A stretch of DNA of 64,000 bases from Paramoeba atlantica (Eukaryota; Protista; Discosea). Below are positions 60,948-64,000 of this stretch, piece after piece. The translations under genes and the position numbers were made by a program. Position 1 is the first letter of the stretch. Every line of letters starts with the position of its first letter. Location of the stretch: NCBI GenBank assembly GCA_977017575.1, contig CDRNVI010000053.1:434001-498000 (forward strand), written 5' to 3'. Under the pieces are notes generated by a model, which was not told where the DNA came from, did no database searches, and was given only the letters and a program-made list of their open reading frames with translations.

Positions 60948-61274
60948 ATGCAGATCAACGATCCTGCAAAGTGCTGCTTTCTGCCGGCATGTAATGAACG
61001 TCGCACACGAGTTCGATATGAAATATTCAACGCGTGTCCGTACATGTCCTTAGTAATGTGCTTTAAATGTGCATGTGTGAAAGTAAAAAGGAGACTAGCC
61101 TGAAGGTAAACATACATATGCCGTATACTCGGCGGTTTATATGCTCGACAAGACATGCCCAACGGGAACCGCCAAATTCAAGTTTTAAGACGCTCCGTAT
61201 TTAACTTAATTGTCTACTAGAATATGCTGTATTTCTTTGTTTATTTGTTGTTCTTTGTCTATTTGTTTCATTAA

Positions 61275-63005
61275 ATGGCAAGTTCAGTTAAGGCCATCGC
61301 ATCTGGAGTTCCCACTTTGCCCCATGACCCCACGCGACGTATTCTCAAGTATCTCCCACCTCCTCGGAGGCCTTGGCATCCATCAACGTTCCGCAGAGAA
61401 AATGTCACGCAAGAGCAGCTTCAAATTGAGTGGAGTAAAAGCCGAACCCGCCATGGACCAGGATACATCAACAGTGGGTATTCCACAGCGAAAGAGCATG
61501 TCTTTGATGATTACTCAACCCCTCCCACTCCGATACATGAACTTGTGAAATTCATGCCGGACATTCGTGTTCCAGGTCTGCACAGCACTCCAGAAAGTCT
61601 CATGCATGTTCGCAATGGACATCGTGTTACACATGATTTGATTCATTCGTACGACGGCTTTGTCTCTGGTCACAAAAAGTATGGTCCTAAAGGAGAGCGT
61701 GACCCTCAACTTATCGATCATGATAACATCAGTCCTATGGACGAAGGTTTTCACGGGATTCACCCCTCCGTTTTTGGATCACGCGCGCGCATTTACCGAT
61801 ATCTACGCCGTCCTCCATATTCAGAAGAGCGAATGTACTACCGACGTTACGTTGCACCGTTTCCGGCTCCCCCTTCTGAGCGTCGAATGCAGCAAGAAAT
61901 TATTCGCCTCTGTGACGAAGAAAAGAATCTTGAAGCTGCATGTGCGACTTATCGCCTTTTGGTCCATCGTCCAACTGCAGAGGTCGTGACGGCAATGTTG
62001 AAGTGTTGTGGGTACTGGGGGTTGCTTAGCGACGCGGCAGCACTTTATTTGGATGTGTCTGGCACAGATCGCAAGATGGCACGGGAGACCTCTGTCTTGA
62101 GTGCATATTTGGATGTTGCTCTTCAAGTTAATCACCCGCAGCATGTGCTTACTGTACTCGGCATAGTGCATGGAACAAAGACTGATAATTTTCGTTACCG
62201 AGAAGTTCCTAGTACCATCAAATACGAACTAGGACGTCGAGCTTTGGTATGGATGTTGACTAAGTCTTACCCACATGCTCGCACGGTCTACAAATGGCTT
62301 TACGATCAAAAACTATTGAACTACGACGTAGAAGAAGTCGCTGGAAACAAGATAGGCGAGTTACTAACCGAAGTTATGACGAGATCTGAAACCTCCGAGA
62401 GCGACAATGACTCAGTTGCAGAAAGTATAACTGACCTGCTCTCCGAAAATAATTTAGTTGTACAGCAAAAGATATCTCAGAAAATTCTTTTGCTTGTCAC
62501 ACAAATACACATGGAATATACATTTTGTCATGAGGGAACCTTCACTATCACATGGTTGGAGAGGGAATTCTTTCCTATCGATCTTCATGCCGTTGTTCGG
62601 CTATCACGTGATGTCGCTCGCGCGCAGCGATCTAATGCAACAGATATCGCTGTACACGAAGGGGAGGAAGTTTCAGATGTAGATATTGCATATTCAGTTC
62701 ACAAAATTCTACTGCTCCTCTCTCCTGATCTTCGTCGGCCTTCCCAAAGCAGTTTGCTTCCCTATCTACACAAATCGAAACCTTCTCGCCACAACCCGAA
62801 TGTACGAGTGGTACCCGCAGCGGAAGAGCTGCAACACCGTGGATTATTACCTTTCCAAGCCGGTTATTCCTTTTATCATGATAAGAATGGTGCGGTGCGA
62901 ACGGTAACAGAATCTTACCCAATACTTGATAGTACCAATGTGGCCCAAATGTATCACGGTCGTGACGCCGTGCAGAGATACGCGAAGCCGGAAACTTGGT
63001 TTTGA
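61275..63005 (+). CDS. PPR-like helical-repeat protein, likely a mitochondrial RNA-associated factor
   Basis: PTAEVVTAMLKCCGYWGLLSDAAALY and ETSVLSAYLDVA resemble PPR units; basic N-terminus. Confidence 0.5.
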   Translation: MASSVKAIASGVPTLPHDPTRRILKYLPPPRRPWHPSTFRRENVTQEQLQIEWSKSRTRHGPGYINSGYSTAKEHVFDDYSTPPTPIHELVKFMPDIRVPGLHSTPESLMHVRNGHRVTHDLIHSYDGFVSGHKKYGPKGERDPQLIDHDNISPMDEGFHGIHPSVFGSRARIYRYLRRPPYSEERMYYRRYVAPFPAPPSERRMQQEIIRLCDEEKNLEAACATYRLLVHRPTAEVVTAMLKCCGYWGLLSDAAALYLDVSGTDRKMARETSVLSAYLDVALQVNHPQHVLTVLGIVHGTKTDNFRYREVPSTIKYELGRRALVWMLTKSYPHARTVYKWLYDQKLLNYDVEEVAGNKIGELLTEVMTRSETSESDNDSVAESITDLLSENNLVVQQKISQKILLLVTQIHMEYTFCHEGTFTITWLEREFFPIDLHAVVRLSRDVARAQRSNATDIAVHEGEEVSDVDIAYSVHKILLLLSPDLRRPSQSSLLPYLHKSKPSRHNPNVRVVPAAEELQHRGLLPFQAGYSFYHDKNGAVRTVTESYPILDSTNVAQMYHGRDAVQRYAKPETWF

Positions 63006-63346
63006 TTTCTTTTGAAATTTATTTGAGTGGAAAGGCATTTTCAGGGAAATACCGCTATAATATCAAACGAATACAGATTACAGGACAACGATTTTTTATT
63101 GCATTGCAGCTTATGAACGTTGTACAGAAAGCTTATGTACGTTGTACAGAAAGTGTTTTTAGGAAAAAACACAAGATTCATGTAAACATGCATAGTGGTC
63201 CGGCGACCCGCAACACATTGAACAGAAAATATACTTCGAAAGTAGTGTATACGAACCAAGTATCTTTCGCTTGTCCCGATTTTCTAGTTTCAGAGTGTGC
63301 ACATTATTGCGGACATGTATTAAGTTATGCCTAGCTTGTAAGAGAA

Positions 63347-64000
63347 ATGATTAATTATGTATTCAAAATATGGTCGCAAATAAGTGATAGTGAAGGGGCC
63401 GACCAGTTAACCGCAGACAAAGAACCTCTCACACTTGTGTTCGGCTCACAAACCGGAACTGCGGAATCTTACGTAGAAGTCTTGTGCAACGATGCAGACA
63501 CATTTGGTATTCCACATGAAAAAATTGATCCTGTACAATATGAGCCTAATCTGCTGCTGATGCGTTCCACCATAATATTTATTGTATCTACATATGGAGA
63601 AGGGCAACCTACAGATAATTTCTTCGAGTTGTTCGAACGTGTACGTATTCTAAAAGAAAAAGAATCCAACTCCCGGCTTCGTCACTTATCATATGCGATA
63701 TATGGAATTGGAGATTCAAATTATAGGCATTACAACCGAACAGCCAAAAATTTAGAATCATACCTCGAATCGTTGGGCGCGAAAGCGATTCTTCCATTGC
63801 GCCTTGGTGATACTCAGAATTCTTTAGAGGACGATTTTGAGGGCTGGAAATTTCGACTATGGGAAGTTTTATGCAACGTATACTGCGTCGTACCGCCGAA
63901 AAATTTTGAAGAAGTAAAGTTACCTAGTTTTTCTGTTGAACTTCAATACGAAGCTGCGGTTGCTGTTCGTCCTTTTCCGGCGATTCCCCGCTCGCTTGCA
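63347..64000 (+). CDS. Diflavin reductase (NADPH-cytochrome P450 reductase-like), FMN domain; 3'-truncated by the window edge
   Basis: Not in the ORF track; my translation gives LVFGSQTGTAE, IVSTYGEGQPTDN, YAIYGIGDSNY and LGD...LEDDFEGW. Confidence 0.88.
   Translation, partial: MINYVFKIWSQISDSEGADQLTADKEPLTLVFGSQTGTAESYVEVLCNDADTFGIPHEKIDPVQYEPNLLLMRSTIIFIVSTYGEGQPTDNFFELFERVRILKEKESNSRLRHLSYAIYGIGDSNYRHYNRTAKNLESYLESLGAKAILPLRLGDTQNSLEDDFEGWKFRLWEVLCNVYCVVPPKNFEEVKLPSFSVELQYEAAVAVRPFPAIPRSLA

Overview
Gene-dense, apparently intronless eukaryotic DNA. About 38 protein-coding genes all lie on the + strand with short AT-rich spacers, several carrying polypyrimidine-AG tracts. This layout, a kinetoplastid-like Ran and eL43, a protein-only RNase P and a two-CCCH protein point to a kinetoplastid polycistronic unit. 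The compactness suggests a reduced genome such as Perkinsela (inference; no database search was run). Recognisable genes: RluA-type pseudouridine synthase, small Tim, SEC13, DPM1, PS synthase, RAN, PDK1, MAF1, RPL37A, USB1, CLN3-like, PRORP, RPB7, PCID2-like, DEDDh exonuclease, DUF1764, PCYT2, two PDIs plus a degenerate PDI-like protein, ApaG protein, PRP8, two FKBP-TPR proteins, TauE-like transporter and a truncated diflavin reductase. Most striking unexplained signals: (1) four roughly 1-kb domains where the + strand flips from extremely C-rich to extremely G-rich, regardless of gene boundaries; (2) an FKBP-TPR co-chaperone fused to three cold-shock domains; (3) a hairpin-rich non-coding island between AT-rich inverted flanks; (4) a PPR-like array fused to a pseudouridine synthase; (5) a perfect 47-bp palindrome. 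All protein assignments come from motif recognition by eye.
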